A DNA stretch of 64,000 nucleotides, taken from the NCBI GenBank assembly GCA_963810095.1, contig CAWEMM010000011.1:128001-192000 (forward strand), written 5' to 3'. The notes under the pieces are model-generated. The model saw only the letters and a program-made list of their open reading frames with translations. It searched no databases and was not told the origin of the DNA. Made by a program: the position numbers and the translations under genes. Source of the stretch: an uncultured Chloroflexia bacterium. Lineage in GTDB: Bacteria > Chloroflexota > Anaerolineae > CG2-30-64-16. Below are positions 43,843 through 53,578 of the stretch, one piece after another (position 1 is the stretch's first letter; every line of letters begins with the position of its first letter).

Positions 43843-44790
43843 TTACTCGCTCTTGCGCGCCCGCGGGTGGGCCTTGAGGACCGTGTCCCGCAGCTGCTTC
43901 TGGCTGACCTGCGTGTAAATCTGCGTCGTGCTGGCCGACTCATGCCCCAGCAATTCCTGCACGGAGCGCAGGTCGGCGCCGCCATCGAGCAGGTGCGTCG
44001 CGAAGCTGTGTCGCAGCATGTGGGGTGTGACTGGGTGCTCGATCCCGGCCATCTGCGCGTAGCCCCCGAGCGACCGGGTAAACATGCTGATCGACAGCCG
44101 CTGTCCGAAGCGGTTCAAAAAGAGCGCGGCCGGCCGCTTTGGCAGCCACTTCCCGTCGGCCCGAGCTTTCCCGCCTGACTGTTGCGCGGCCTCAAGCAGC
44201 TTGGGCCGGCCCTCGGTTAGGTAGCGCTGCAGCGCATCGACCGCCGGCCGTCCGACCAGCGCAATGCGCTCCTTCGCGCCTTTGCCCGTCACGTGCACCT
44301 GCCCCTCGCTAAGGCTCACGTCGGCCGTGTCCAGCGCCAACAGCTCGCTCACCCGCAGCCCGCCGCCGTAAAGCATCTCGAGCATCGCACGATCCCGCTG
44401 GCCCTGCGGCGTGCCCAGATCGGGCGCGGCGAACAACTTGTCGATTTCCTCACGCGTCAGCGGCCGCGGCAGCCGTTGGGGCAGCTTGGGCGAGAGGATC
44501 CCCTGCACCGGATTCACTTCGACGATACCCCGTACCCGCATGTAGCTGTAAAACGCCCGCAGCTCAGAAACGCGCCGCGCGACGCTGGCTTTCACATAGC
44601 CCCGAGCGTGCAGGTCGGCCAGCCACTGGCGCAGCAGCGCCGGCGTAACCGCGGACCATGCCGTGATGCCGTGCGCCTCGGCAAAGGCGGCGAACTGGAG
44701 GATCTCGCGGCGGTAGTTGCTCACCGTGTGCGGCGAGGCGTTGGCCTCGGCCACCAGGTGCTTCACATACGCGTCGATCTGCTCCTGCAT
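43843..44790 (-). CDS. xerC: Tyrosine recombinase XerC/XerD
   Basis: RDRAMLE.LY..GLRVSEL, GKGAKER, HMLRHSFATHLL, LLGH..STTQIY. Lies downstream of topA. Confidence 0.9.
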   Translation of the reverse strand: MQEQIDAYVKHLVAEANASPHTVSNYRREILQFAAFAEAHGITAWSAVTPALLRQWLADLHARGYVKASVARRVSELRAFYSYMRVRGIVEVNPVQGILSPKLPQRLPRPLTREEIDKLFAAPDLGTPQGQRDRAMLEMLYGGGLRVSELLALDTADVSLSEGQVHVTGKGAKERIALVGRPAVDALQRYLTEGRPKLLEAAQQSGGKARADGKWLPKRPAALFLNRFGQRLSISMFTRSLGGYAQMAGIEHPVTPHMLRHSFATHLLDGGADLRSVQELLGHESASTTQIYTQVSQKQLRDTVLKAHPRARKSE

Positions 44791-44806
44791 ATCTGCTCCG
44801 AAGGTT

Positions 44807-44898
44807 GCCACGAATTACACGAATTTCACGAATTGGCCGAATCGCCTGTGTAGCTGCTTATTCCATCCATAATTCGCCAAATCCGTGCAATTCGTGGC
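44807..44898. repeat. REP-like palindrome with (cacgaatt)n arms
   Basis: gccacgaattacacgaatttcacgaatt...aattcgccaaatccgtgcaattcgtggc fills the topA-xerC gap. Confidence 0.75.
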
Positions 44899-44908
44899 GA
44901 GCGGCTCA

Positions 44909-47797
44909 TCACACCTTCATCCGAGCGCCGCAGACGGTGCACTCCGCCGTGTCTTTCGACGCCAGCACCATCAACCCATCGCAGTTCGGGCAGGGTTGAC
45001 CCACGGGCTTCTTCCACGAGGTCCAGTCACAGGCCGGGTAATTCGCGCAGCCGTAGAAGGTGCGTCCCTGGCGGGTGCGTCGCTCCACGATTTCCCCGCG
45101 ATCCTTCGGACACAGCACGCCGAGCTTCGCCACCAGCGGCTTCGTGAAACGACAGGCGGGGTAGTTGCTGCAGCCCACAAAGCGCCCGTAGCGGCCCTGC
45201 TTTATGACAAGTTCTCCGCCGTCGTCGGGGCACAACTCGCCGGTTTTCTCGGGTTCGACCGAGACCTTTTCCATCGTGCGCTCGGCGTTCTGCAGCTGCG
45301 GCTCGAAGAAGTCGTAAAACTGGCGCAGCACCGGCGTCATCTCAGACTCGCCGCGCGAGATGCTGTCCAGCGACTCCTCCATCTGCGCGGTGAAGCCGAC
45401 GTTGAAGACGGAATCAAAATACTTCACGAGCAAGTCGTTGACGGTGAAGCCCAGTTCCGTCGGCACCAGCTTTTTCTCGGACCGTTCCACGTAGGTGCGT
45501 TCGAGGATGGTGGAGATAATCGCCGCATAGGTGCTCGGGCGGCCGATGCCGTATTCCTCCAGCGCCTTGACCAGCGAGGCTTCCGTGTAACGCGGGGGCG
45601 GCTGGGTGAAGTGCTGTTCTGGAAGCAGGCGCAGCAGGTCGAGAAGCTCGCCCGCCGTCAGGTTCGGGATATTCATCTGTTGCTGGGCCGCGTCCCCATC
45701 CGTCGCGCCCTCACTCCCGTCGCCGTCGCCGTTCGACCGTACCTTCTCCGTGCCGTTGCGGCCGTTCTTCCCGTTCGAGTCCGCCGCGAGGTCCCTATCG
45801 GTCCCGCCGGTCTCCTGCGGCCCTGATGCGCCCCCACTGTAGACGGCCAGAAAGCCGGGGAAGCGCACGGTCGAGCCGCTGGCCCGGAACAGGTACGGGC
45901 GCGGGGTGTTGCCGGGCGCGCCCGCCTCCACGTCTACCGTGAGCGTGTCATAGATCGCGGCCGCCATCTGGCTTGCGACGAAGCGCCGCCAGATCAGCTC
46001 GTAGACGCGGAACTGCTCGGCCGAGAGCTTGTCGCGCAGTGCCGCCGGTGAGCGATTGACCGACGTCGGCCGGATCGCCTCGTGCGCCTCCTGTGCGTTC
46101 TTGGCCCGCGCCTTGTAGACGTTGGGCTCCGCGGGCGCGTACTCCGGCCCGAACTGCTGCTGGATCAGCGCGCGGGCCTCGTCTTGCGCCTCTTTTGCCA
46201 CGTTGACGCTGTCGGTCCGCATATAAGTGATGAGGCCGACCGGGCCGCCGCCCTCGCCGATGTCGATGCCCTCGTACAGGTCCTGCGCCACCCGCATCGT
46301 GCGGCTGGCCGCCATCCCCAAGCGATTCGACGCGTCCTGCTGGAGCGTGCTGGTGGTAAACGGCGGATTCGGCCGCCGGCGGCGCTCGCCCCGCTTCACG
46401 TTGGCAACCGAATACGCAGCACCTTCCAGCTCGCGCACGACTGCCGCGGAGTCCTGCTCATTCTTCAGGTCGGCTTCCTGCCCCCGAATCCGAACGAGCC
46501 GGGCCAGGAAGCTGGGCCGGGGCTGCTGGCCGCGCGTCGTTTGCTGGGCCAGGTCCGCATCCACCGACCAATACTCCACCGCGACGAACGCCTGGATCTC
46601 GCGCTCGCGCTCCACGATCAGGCGCAGCGCCACCGACTGGACGCGTCCGGCCGACAGGCGGCTCTTGACGCGATCCCACAGCAGCGGGCTGATCTGGTAA
46701 CCGACCAACCGGTCGAGGATGCGCCGCGCCTGCTGCGCATCGACCAACTCCATGTCGATATCACGGCTGTGGCGGAACGCCTCGTCCACCGCGTTGCGCG
46801 TGATCTCGTGGAACACCACCCGGTGCGCCCGTTCCTGGGGGATTTCGGCCGCCTCCATCAGGTGCCATGCGATGGCCTCGCCCTCCCGGTCGGGGTCCGT
46901 GGCCAGGTAAACCTCGCGCGCCTCTGCGGCCGCGGCCTTCAGGTCCTTGACGACTGACTTCTTGTCGTCGGGCACCCGGTACTTAGGCACAAAGCCGCCC
47001 TCGATATCGACGGACAGCTGCGAGCGCAGCAGGTCACGCACGTGCCCGATCGATGCCCGCACGTCGTAGTCGCGCCCCAGGAACCGCCCCACCGTGCGCG
47101 CCTTCGCCGGCGACTCGACAATCACCAGCTTGGTGCCGTGCAAGGGCCCGCCGTGTGACCGGCGGCCGGTCCCGCCGTCCTTGGCCGCCGGCGCCTTGGC
47201 GCCTTCGCGCTTCGCACCCTTCGCCGCCGCCTTCGCACCTTCGCGCTTCGCGCCCTTTGCCGCCGCCGGCCTCGCCGGCGCCTTCGCGCCTTCGCGTTCC
47301 AAACCCTTTGCCGCCGCCGGCTTTGCCGGCGCCTTCGTGGCTTCCCGCGCCACGGCCACCGGCTGGGGCAAGCCGGCATGGTCGGGGGTCGCGCCGATCT
47401 TGAACAGACGCGTGCCGCACTCCGGGCAGCGCCCCTCGGCGGCGGGCCGCGCGTTGTTCATGAAGATGGCGCGTCCGTCGGCCAGGGGCCGCAGCGCCTT
47501 GCACTTCATGCAGTAGGCTTGCACGGGCTGGGTCAGCGGCGCGGAGACCTCGCTGGGCGCGGGTCCAGACGCGGCTTGCTTCGTTTTGCCGGCGGGTTTG
47601 GGAGTAGCAGACGGGACGGGCGCGGGAAGCAACTCGTGCGCCGGCGTCGCGCCGATGCGCGTCAACTTCGTCCCGCACTCGGGACAGCGGCCGCGGGTGG
47701 CGGCCCGGCCATTTGCCAGGAAAACTGGCTCGGCATCGGCCAGCGGCCGCATCGTCTTGCACTTAACGCAATAAGCAGTCAGGTTCGTTTCAGTCAT
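44909..47797 (-). CDS. topA: DNA topoisomerase I with extra N-terminal zinc-ribbon (DUF5679-like) pair and Lys/Ala repeats
   Basis: LVIVESPAKA, ATDPDREGEAIAW, SAGRVQS, ITYMRTDS, GIGRPSTY and C-terminal C4 zinc ribbons. Confidence 0.97.
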   Translation of the reverse strand: MTETNLTAYCVKCKTMRPLADAEPVFLANGRAATRGRCPECGTKLTRIGATPAHELLPAPVPSATPKPAGKTKQAASGPAPSEVSAPLTQPVQAYCMKCKALRPLADGRAIFMNNARPAAEGRCPECGTRLFKIGATPDHAGLPQPVAVAREATKAPAKPAAAKGLEREGAKAPARPAAAKGAKREGAKAAAKGAKREGAKAPAAKDGGTGRRSHGGPLHGTKLVIVESPAKARTVGRFLGRDYDVRASIGHVRDLLRSQLSVDIEGGFVPKYRVPDDKKSVVKDLKAAAAEAREVYLATDPDREGEAIAWHLMEAAEIPQERAHRVVFHEITRNAVDEAFRHSRDIDMELVDAQQARRILDRLVGYQISPLLWDRVKSRLSAGRVQSVALRLIVEREREIQAFVAVEYWSVDADLAQQTTRGQQPRPSFLARLVRIRGQEADLKNEQDSAAVVRELEGAAYSVANVKRGERRRRPNPPFTTSTLQQDASNRLGMAASRTMRVAQDLYEGIDIGEGGGPVGLITYMRTDSVNVAKEAQDEARALIQQQFGPEYAPAEPNVYKARAKNAQEAHEAIRPTSVNRSPAALRDKLSAEQFRVYELIWRRFVASQMAAAIYDTLTVDVEAGAPGNTPRPYLFRASGSTVRFPGFLAVYSGGASGPQETGGTDRDLAADSNGKNGRNGTEKVRSNGDGDGSEGATDGDAAQQQMNIPNLTAGELLDLLRLLPEQHFTQPPPRYTEASLVKALEEYGIGRPSTYAAIISTILERTYVERSEKKLVPTELGFTVNDLLVKYFDSVFNVGFTAQMEESLDSISRGESEMTPVLRQFYDFFEPQLQNAERTMEKVSVEPEKTGELCPDDGGELVIKQGRYGRFVGCSNYPACRFTKPLVAKLGVLCPKDRGEIVERRTRQGRTFYGCANYPACDWTSWKKPVGQPCPNCDGLMVLASKDTAECTVCGARMKV

Positions 47798-47807
47798 GCG
47801 CGTCTCT

Positions 47808-47840
47808 AGAAACCTGGTTTCTCGAAGACACCAGGTTTCT
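47808..47840. repeat. AGAAACC..GGTTTCT double palindrome (REP-like)
   Basis: agaaacctggtttct-cga-agacaccaggtttct, related to 53576-53610. Confidence 0.75.
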
Positions 47841-47848
47841 TACAGTCC

Positions 47849-48916
47849 TCATAGGTAGGTGAGCTGCCCGGCAGTCTCGAGTTGCTTAACCAGATCGCGA
47901 ACCTCGTCGGCGCGCGACCGGGGGCAGACCAGCAGCACGTCGGGCGTGTCCACGATGACCACGTCTTCCATGCCAATCACGGCGACCGTGCGCTCGCTGC
48001 GCACGTAGCACCCTCTCGCATCCTTCGCCAGCAGCAGGCCGCCGGCGACATTGTCGTTTGCGTCGTGTGGCAGCACGTCGAGCAGCGCGCCCCAGCTCCC
48101 GATGTCGCTCCAGCCGATGTCGACCGGGATCACTGACACCCGTTCGGCCCGTTCCATCACCCCGTAGTCGACCGATACCTTGCTCAGCTTGGGCCACTCG
48201 GCCTCGAGCACGGCCTGCGCTTCGGGCGTCCCGAGCGCATCCCCGATGTGCCTCAGCGCCGCGTACGACTCGGGCATCTGCCGCTGGAATTCGCCAAGCA
48301 GCCTGTCGGCCCGCCAGATGAACATGCCCGCGTTCCACACATGCCGTCCGCCATCGAGAAAGGCCTGCGCGGTCTTCGGGTCAGGCTTTTCGCGAAAGCC
48401 CGCCGACTCGTAGACCCGGAACCCCTCTACGATCTCCTGCGACTCGCCCAGCTCGATGTAACCGAAACGTGTGTCGGGCCCTGCCGGCTTGACGCCAAGT
48501 GTGACAATCGTACCGTCGCCCGCGACCTCCGCGGCTGCGGCGAGCACCGACCGGAACTGTTCCACGTCCACGATAAAGTGATCGGCCGTCAGCATGACCA
48601 TGATTGCATCCGGGTCGCGGTGGAGCAGATTGATCGCGGCGAGCCCGGCGGCGGGCCCCGAGTCGCGCCCCGACGGCTCGACGATGAAGTTTGCCGCGGG
48701 TATCTCAGGCGCTTGTGGTTGGAGCAGCGTCGTCAGCTCGGCGTTTGTGCCGACGAAGATGCGCTCGGGCGGAAACAGCGGCGCGAGCCGGTCGACCGCG
48801 TGCTGGAACATCGTCCGGTCGCCGATCAGCTTCAGCGCTTGCTTCGGCTGGCTCTTCCGGCTGAGCGGCCACAGGCGCGTGCCCGATCCCCCCGCAATAA
48901 TGACCGCGTACAACAT
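47849..48916 (-). CDS. manC: Mannose-1-phosphate guanylyltransferase
   Basis: IIAGGSGTRLWPLSR..PKQ, EPSGRDS, FREKP, WNAGMF, WSDIGSW. No PMI cupin domain. Confidence 0.92.
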   Translation of the reverse strand: MLYAVIIAGGSGTRLWPLSRKSQPKQALKLIGDRTMFQHAVDRLAPLFPPERIFVGTNAELTTLLQPQAPEIPAANFIVEPSGRDSGPAAGLAAINLLHRDPDAIMVMLTADHFIVDVEQFRSVLAAAAEVAGDGTIVTLGVKPAGPDTRFGYIELGESQEIVEGFRVYESAGFREKPDPKTAQAFLDGGRHVWNAGMFIWRADRLLGEFQRQMPESYAALRHIGDALGTPEAQAVLEAEWPKLSKVSVDYGVMERAERVSVIPVDIGWSDIGSWGALLDVLPHDANDNVAGGLLLAKDARGCYVRSERTVAVIGMEDVVIVDTPDVLLVCPRSRADEVRDLVKQLETAGQLTYL

Positions 48917-48940
48917 CGTCCGAACTCCTCCATGAACATC

Positions 48941-48973
48941 AGACGTTCGAGGTCTCGAGGACCCCGAACGTCT
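48941..48973. repeat. REP-like palindrome
   Basis: agacgttcgaggtctcgaggaccccgaacgtct between dprA and the guanylyltransferase. Confidence 0.65.
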
Positions 48974-48982
48974 CACTTGCAT

Positions 48983-50066
48983 TTACCTCGCCCGCACGTA
49001 AGTCATGCCGCCCGCGCTGTTGACGAGCCCCTTGAGCTCCATCAGCGCCAACGTGCCTGTAACGGTCGCGATCGGCAGTCCCGTTGCCCGGCAGATCTCG
49101 TCCGCATGCACCGGCTCATCCGACAACTGCTCAAACAGAGCCGCCTCGACCGGATCGGTTGGGAACAGCATGCGGGCTTCTACGTGCGCCTCGACCTGGG
49201 TCAGGTCGAGCGCTTCCAGAATGTCGTTCACCGACGTTACAGGGACGGCCCCGTCGCGAATCAGGCGATTCACCCCTGCGCTATTACGGGCAAAGATACT
49301 CCCGGGCACGGCAAAGACGTCACGGCCCTGGTCGGCGGCAAAGCGGGCCGTAATCAACGCACCGCTGACTTCGCCCGCCTCAATCACCACGACGCCGCGG
49401 CTCAAGCCGCTGACAATCCGGTTGCGGGGCGGGAAGTTGCTCGCCTCGGGCTGCGTGCCCAACGGGTACTCGCTGATCACCGCACCATTCGCCGCCAGAT
49501 CCGCGGCCAACTTCTTGTTTTCCCAGGGATAGATCACGTCGACGCCTGAGCCCAGCACCGCGATGCTGCGCCCGCCGGCGTCAAGTGCCGCCCGGTGCGC
49601 CACCGCGTCGACGCCTCGCGCGAGACCGCTGATCACCGTGATCCCTGCCTTGGCCAGGTCGCCCCCCAGGCTGCGCGCCGCTTCCCGGCCGTAATTGGAG
49701 ATCGAGCGCGTCCCGACGACGGCAACGCCGTAGTCGTCTTCCGGGCACAGTTCGCCCATGCATGTAAAGCAGCGGCGGCGGATCGTTAATGGCTTTGAGG
49801 CGAGCCGGATAGCGAGGGTCCTCCCAGGTGAGCAGAGAGATGCCGGCCCTTTGCACGCGGCCCAGTTCGGCCTCAAGGTCGAGCTTTCCGCGCATTTCCA
49901 CCAGGCTCTGGATGGACCGCCGATCCAATCCGACGTCGCGCAGCGCATCCGGCGCCGCCGTCCAGGCAGCCCCGACGCTGCCGAAGGCATCCAGCAAAGC
50001 ACGTAGGCGGGCCGGGCCAATCCCACGCACCTTATTGAAGCCGATCCAATAGGCGAGAGAGTCCAA
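48983..50066 (-). CDS. dprA: DNA-processing protein DprA, frameshift ~49765
   Basis: N-terminal VRGIGP...YPARLKAI.DPPPLLY, then AVVGTR, VISGLARGVD, FPPRNRIVSGLS, SGALITA and a winged-helix tail. TTG start. Confidence 0.95.
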
Positions 50067-50213
50067 GGAGCACCTTCCAGCGACGATGCTGCGGCTTGCT
50101 TGCCGGGTGCGGCAAACATGCCGGCGAAGGGCGCCAGTCTGCCGGGCCAGGTGCACGGTATAACCGCGCCGGCCCTCAGGCAACCACCGACCCGTCTGCC
50201 CTTGACGGTCGAG

Positions 50214-50242
50214 AGCATAAACGAGACAGGATTCTTTGTCAA
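50214..50242 (-). promoter_or_regulatory. Sigma70-type promoter upstream of dprA
   Basis: TTGACA-17 bp-TATGCT on the minus strand. Confidence 0.7.
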
Positions 50243-50273
50243 CAGAACGCGACCTGTGCCGGCTGCAAAAAAG

Positions 50274-50881
50274 TCAGCCGTTCCCGTCGTTCCCGTCGTT
50301 CTCGTCCTGCCGGTCGTCTTCTTCGTTCTCGTCGTTTTCTCGCTCGGCCGGCGCCAGCAGCCCATCGGGCAGGGCCACCGTCATACGATGGCCGGGCAGG
50401 TCGACACTGAGAATCACCTCACGGGTGGCGGGGATCAGCGTCTCGCCGGCGAGCCGCGGACGATGTACACGTCGTTGGCGGGGGTGAAGAGGATCTCCAC
50501 CAGCTTGCCAAGCGCGACGCCGTCGTTCGTGACGACGTCCAGCCCGATCAGGTCGTGCGCGTAGTTCTCGTGCTCGCCCAGCGGCATGGCGTCCGCCTCG
50601 GGAATCAGCACGTAGCGATCGCGCAGCGCTTCGGCCGCATTCCTGTCCTTGGTGTTGCCGAACAGGACCAGCCAACGGCCCTGGTGCGGCCGGGCGGCGG
50701 CGATCTCCGTCGCCACGACCTCGCCCGCATCGACTTTCTGGCCGAGGAACACCCGGGCGCCCTTCTTGAAGCGCTCAGGGAAGTCGGTTAGCGGCTCGAC
50801 CTTGACCTCGCCCCGAATCCCGTGCGGCGCGACGATCTGGCCGATGGCAATGTAGCTCTGCTGTGCTTGCGGCTCCGTCAT
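50274..50881 (-). CDS. rimM: 16S rRNA processing protein RimM, frameshift ~50455
   Basis: IGQIVAPHGIRGEVKV...TDFPERF, Y.HDLIGL, ANDVY, then LIPA..VI.SVDL...LPDGLL in the other frame. Confidence 0.93.
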
Positions 50882-50964
50882 ACTACGTACATCCCTCTCC
50901 ATGAAAAACGGGCGGAGGCGTCCCGGCGTTCCCGCCTGCGCTCCACCCGCTGCAGTGGCTTCTT

Positions 50965-51038
50965 ACCACAAAGCCACAAAGTCACGAAGTCAGACCATGA
51001 GATTTTCGTGAAACCTCGTGTCTTCGTGTCTTCGTGGT
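50965..51038. repeat. REP-like imperfect palindrome, same family as 41262-41333
   Basis: accacaaagccacaaagtcacgaag...cctcgtgtcttcgtgtcttcgtggt. Confidence 0.75.
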
Positions 51039-51045
51039 TCCGGCC

Positions 51046-51273
51046 TTACACGATCTCCAGCACCACCCGGCGTTCCTGCGACATGACCCGCAGGATCGTG
51101 CGCAGCGCATTGGCCACGCGGCCGTCCTTACCGATCACGCGGCCCATGTCCTCCCGGTCGACATGCAACTCGAGGACGGTGACGCTGGCCCCGCGCGTCT
51201 CCTTAACAAACACCTTCTCCGGCTTCTCGACGAGCTGCCGGGCGATATACTCGATCAGTTCTTTCTCTTTCAC
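51046..51273 (-). CDS. khpA: KH-domain RNA-binding protein
   Basis: ELIEYIARQLVEKPE...DMGRVIGKDGRVANALRTIL, between rpsP and rimM. Confidence 0.93.
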   Translation of the reverse strand: MKEKELIEYIARQLVEKPEKVFVKETRGASVTVLELHVDREDMGRVIGKDGRVANALRTILRVMSQERRVVLEIV

Positions 51274-51383
51274 CAGTCAGCCTCCACATGCATCCGGGGC
51301 CGGCCACTCAACTGGCGCTGGCGGCCCGGCCCATGCCCCCACCCTGTGCCTTGCGGCGGTGCGGGGTCTGGTCGGCTGACGGG

Positions 51384-51659
51384 TTAGGCCGCCGGCTGCG
51401 CTTGCACCGGGCCGGCATCTTTCAGCAAGCCTTGCTTCTTCAGCAGTCGGGCAACGCCTTCGCTGGGCTGCGCACCCTGGCTGAGCCAAAAGGTCGCACG
51501 TTCGCCGTCGATCGAGTAGGTCTCGGGATCGGTGGTCGGGTTGTAGAAGCCGATGTTTTCGAGGATCCGGCCATCACGCGGCGAGCGCTGATCGGCTACG
51601 ACGATGCGATAGCTTGCCTGCTTCTTGGCGCCCTGGCGGCGCAGACGAATACGTACCAT
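51384..51659 (-). CDS. rpsP: 30S ribosomal protein S16
   Basis: MVRIRLRRQGAKK..YRIVVAD.RSPRDGR..E.IG.YNP, WLSQGAQPS. Confidence 0.98.
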   Translation of the reverse strand: MVRIRLRRQGAKKQASYRIVVADQRSPRDGRILENIGFYNPTTDPETYSIDGERATFWLSQGAQPSEGVARLLKKQGLLKDAGPVQAQPAA

Positions 51660-51708
51660 GGATGTGCTTCTCCTTGAGTATGGGACGCAGAGGGTCCCGA
51701 ATGCTGAA

Positions 51709-51764
51709 CTTTACCGCTCGTGCCTTCTTCCGACTAGCGTCGGAAGAAGGCACGAGCGGTAAAG
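51709..51764. repeat. Perfect 26-bp inverted repeat with 4-nt loop
   Basis: ctttaccgctcgtgccttcttccgac-tagc-gtcggaagaaggcacgagcggtaaag immediately after the ffh stop. Confidence 0.92.
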
Positions 51765-51767
51765 CAA

Positions 51768-53096
51768 TCACCTAAACATGTCCATCAACCCGCGCATGCC
51801 GCCCTTGCCCGAGCCCATCTGCTTCATCATGCGCTGCATCTGGCGGAACTGGTTGAGCAAGTCGTTGATCTCGGGCACAGTCGTACCCGAGCCGCGGGCG
51901 ATGCGGCGCTTGCGGCTGCCGTTGATGATCTTCGGATCATGGCGCTCGTCCGCCGTCATCGAGTTGATGATCGCCTCGATCCGTTTGAACTGCTTGTCCG
52001 TGTCCTCGGGCTGAATCTGGGCGGAAAGCTTGTTCATGCCCGGAATCATGTCGAGGATCTGGGTGAGCGGACCCATCTTCTTGAGCTGCTGCATCTGCTT
52101 CAGGAAGTCGTCCAGGTTCAGCTCGCCCTTGACCAAGCGCTTGGTCATCTTCTCGGCCTGCTCGCGGTCGACGGTCTCGCCGGCCTTCTCGATGAGCGTC
52201 ATCATGTCGCCCATGCCGAGGATACGGGTCGCCAGGCGGTCCGGGTAGAAGATTTCCAGCGCGTCGAGCTTCTCGCCGATGCCCAGGAATTTGATCGGGA
52301 CGCCCGTGACCTCGCGCATCGAGATCGCCGCGCCGCCTCGGGCATCGCCGTCCACCTTCGTCAGGATCAAGCCTGTGAGCTGGACGCGATCGTGGAACCC
52401 TTTCGCCACGTTGACGGCTTCCTGGCCCGTCATCGCATCGGCCACCAGCAGGATTTCCTTGGGCTTCGCGATGCTCTTGATCTGGTCGAGCTCGGCCATC
52501 ATGTCGTCCGAGATCTGCAGGCGGCCGGCCGTGTCGAGGATGATCACGTCCATCGCCATCTCGCGCCCGCGCTGCAGGCCGTGGCGCACGATCTCGGGCG
52601 GCGGCACCTTCGTGCCCTCGCTGAACACGGGGATGTCGATCTGCTTGCCCACAACCTCGAGCTGGGTGACGGCCGCGGGGCGATAGGTGTCTGCCGCCAC
52701 CAGCATGCTGCGCTTGCCCTGCTTCCGCAGCGTCAGCGCCAGCTTGCCAGCCGTGGTCGTCTTGCCCGAACCCTGCAGGCCCACCAGCATGATCACGTGC
52801 GGAGGCGTGCCCGACAGGTCGATCTTGGCGCCTTCACCCAACGTCTTAAGCAGTTCCTCGTGCACGATCTTGACGACCTGCTGCGCGGGGGTCAGGCTCT
52901 TCATCACCTCCGAGCCGATCGCGCGCTCGCGCACTCGGGCCACGAGTTGCTTGACAACCTTGAAGTTGACGTCGGCTTCGAGCAGCGCCAGGCGGACCTC
53001 GCGCAGCGCGGTGTCCACGTCGGCTTCGGTCAGGCGGCCGTGCGCGGCCAGCCGCTCGAAGACATTATTCAGCTTGGTCTGCAGACTCTCAAACAT
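51768..53096 (-). CDS. ffh: Signal recognition particle protein
   Basis: GLQGSGKTT, DTAGR, TKVDGDARGG and Met-rich M domain with SRKRRIARGSG. Confidence 0.98.
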   Translation of the reverse strand: MFESLQTKLNNVFERLAAHGRLTEADVDTALREVRLALLEADVNFKVVKQLVARVRERAIGSEVMKSLTPAQQVVKIVHEELLKTLGEGAKIDLSGTPPHVIMLVGLQGSGKTTTAGKLALTLRKQGKRSMLVAADTYRPAAVTQLEVVGKQIDIPVFSEGTKVPPPEIVRHGLQRGREMAMDVIILDTAGRLQISDDMMAELDQIKSIAKPKEILLVADAMTGQEAVNVAKGFHDRVQLTGLILTKVDGDARGGAAISMREVTGVPIKFLGIGEKLDALEIFYPDRLATRILGMGDMMTLIEKAGETVDREQAEKMTKRLVKGELNLDDFLKQMQQLKKMGPLTQILDMIPGMNKLSAQIQPEDTDKQFKRIEAIINSMTADERHDPKIINGSRKRRIARGSGTTVPEINDLLNQFRQMQRMMKQMGSGKGGMRGLMDMFR

Positions 53097-53187
53097 GGGC
53101 GCTCTCGAACATCACGGTCGTCCCGAGCCGGAAATACGCGCATGGGCCGGCGCGCTGGCCGGCCCATGGGATCACACTCTGATCCTG

Positions 53188-53230
53188 ATTTTACGGGACA
53201 TTGCGCTTTTCGTCAAGTAGATGCTATAAT
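53188..53230. promoter_or_regulatory. Overlapping divergent sigma70 promoters (ffh and CBM48 gene)
   Basis: Minus strand: TTGACG(53216-53211)-17-TAAAAT(53193-53188). Plus strand: TTGCGC(53201)-18-TATAAT(53225-53230) with extended TG. Confidence 0.7.
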
Positions 53231-53278
53231 CGCAGCGTCCGCCGAAATTGCGTTCCACTTTCGCAGGAGTGCTTCCCG

Positions 53279-53578
53279 ATGATCTACAAGGATCCCACGC
53301 CAGACGGCGAGCACGTGCGCGTCACGTTCGAGTTGCCCTCGAGTTTGTGGGCCGAGCGTGTCAATCTCGTGGGCGATTTCAACGATTGGGACACGAGCAA
53401 GGACGCGATGACGCAGTCGCGAGCCAACGGGAACTGGCGGATTACCCTCGTGCTGCCGAAGGGCAAACAGTACCAGTTCCGCTACCTCGTCAACGGCCGA
53501 GACTGGCACAACGAGTGGCATGCGGACGAGTACGTGTCGAACAAGTATGGGTCGGACAACTCGGTCGTTACCACCTAG
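53279..53578 (+). CDS. Isoamylase early-set / CBM48 (AMPK beta-like) glycogen-binding protein
   Basis: VTFELP...V.LVGDFNDW...YQFRYLVNG..W.N...AD.Y..N.YGSDNSV. Confidence 0.88.
   Translation: MIYKDPTPDGEHVRVTFELPSSLWAERVNLVGDFNDWDTSKDAMTQSRANGNWRITLVLPKGKQYQFRYLVNGRDWHNEWHADEYVSNKYGSDNSVVTT

Noticed and set aside
43843-44790. Prophage or ICE integrase
   Set aside because: Size, motifs and the dprA-topA-xerC context fit chromosomal Xer. No att sites, tRNA or phage genes nearby.
51274-51767. SRP (4.5S) RNA near ffh
   Set aside because: No conserved CAGG..GGAA..AGCAG helix-8 motif seen in these intergenic regions.
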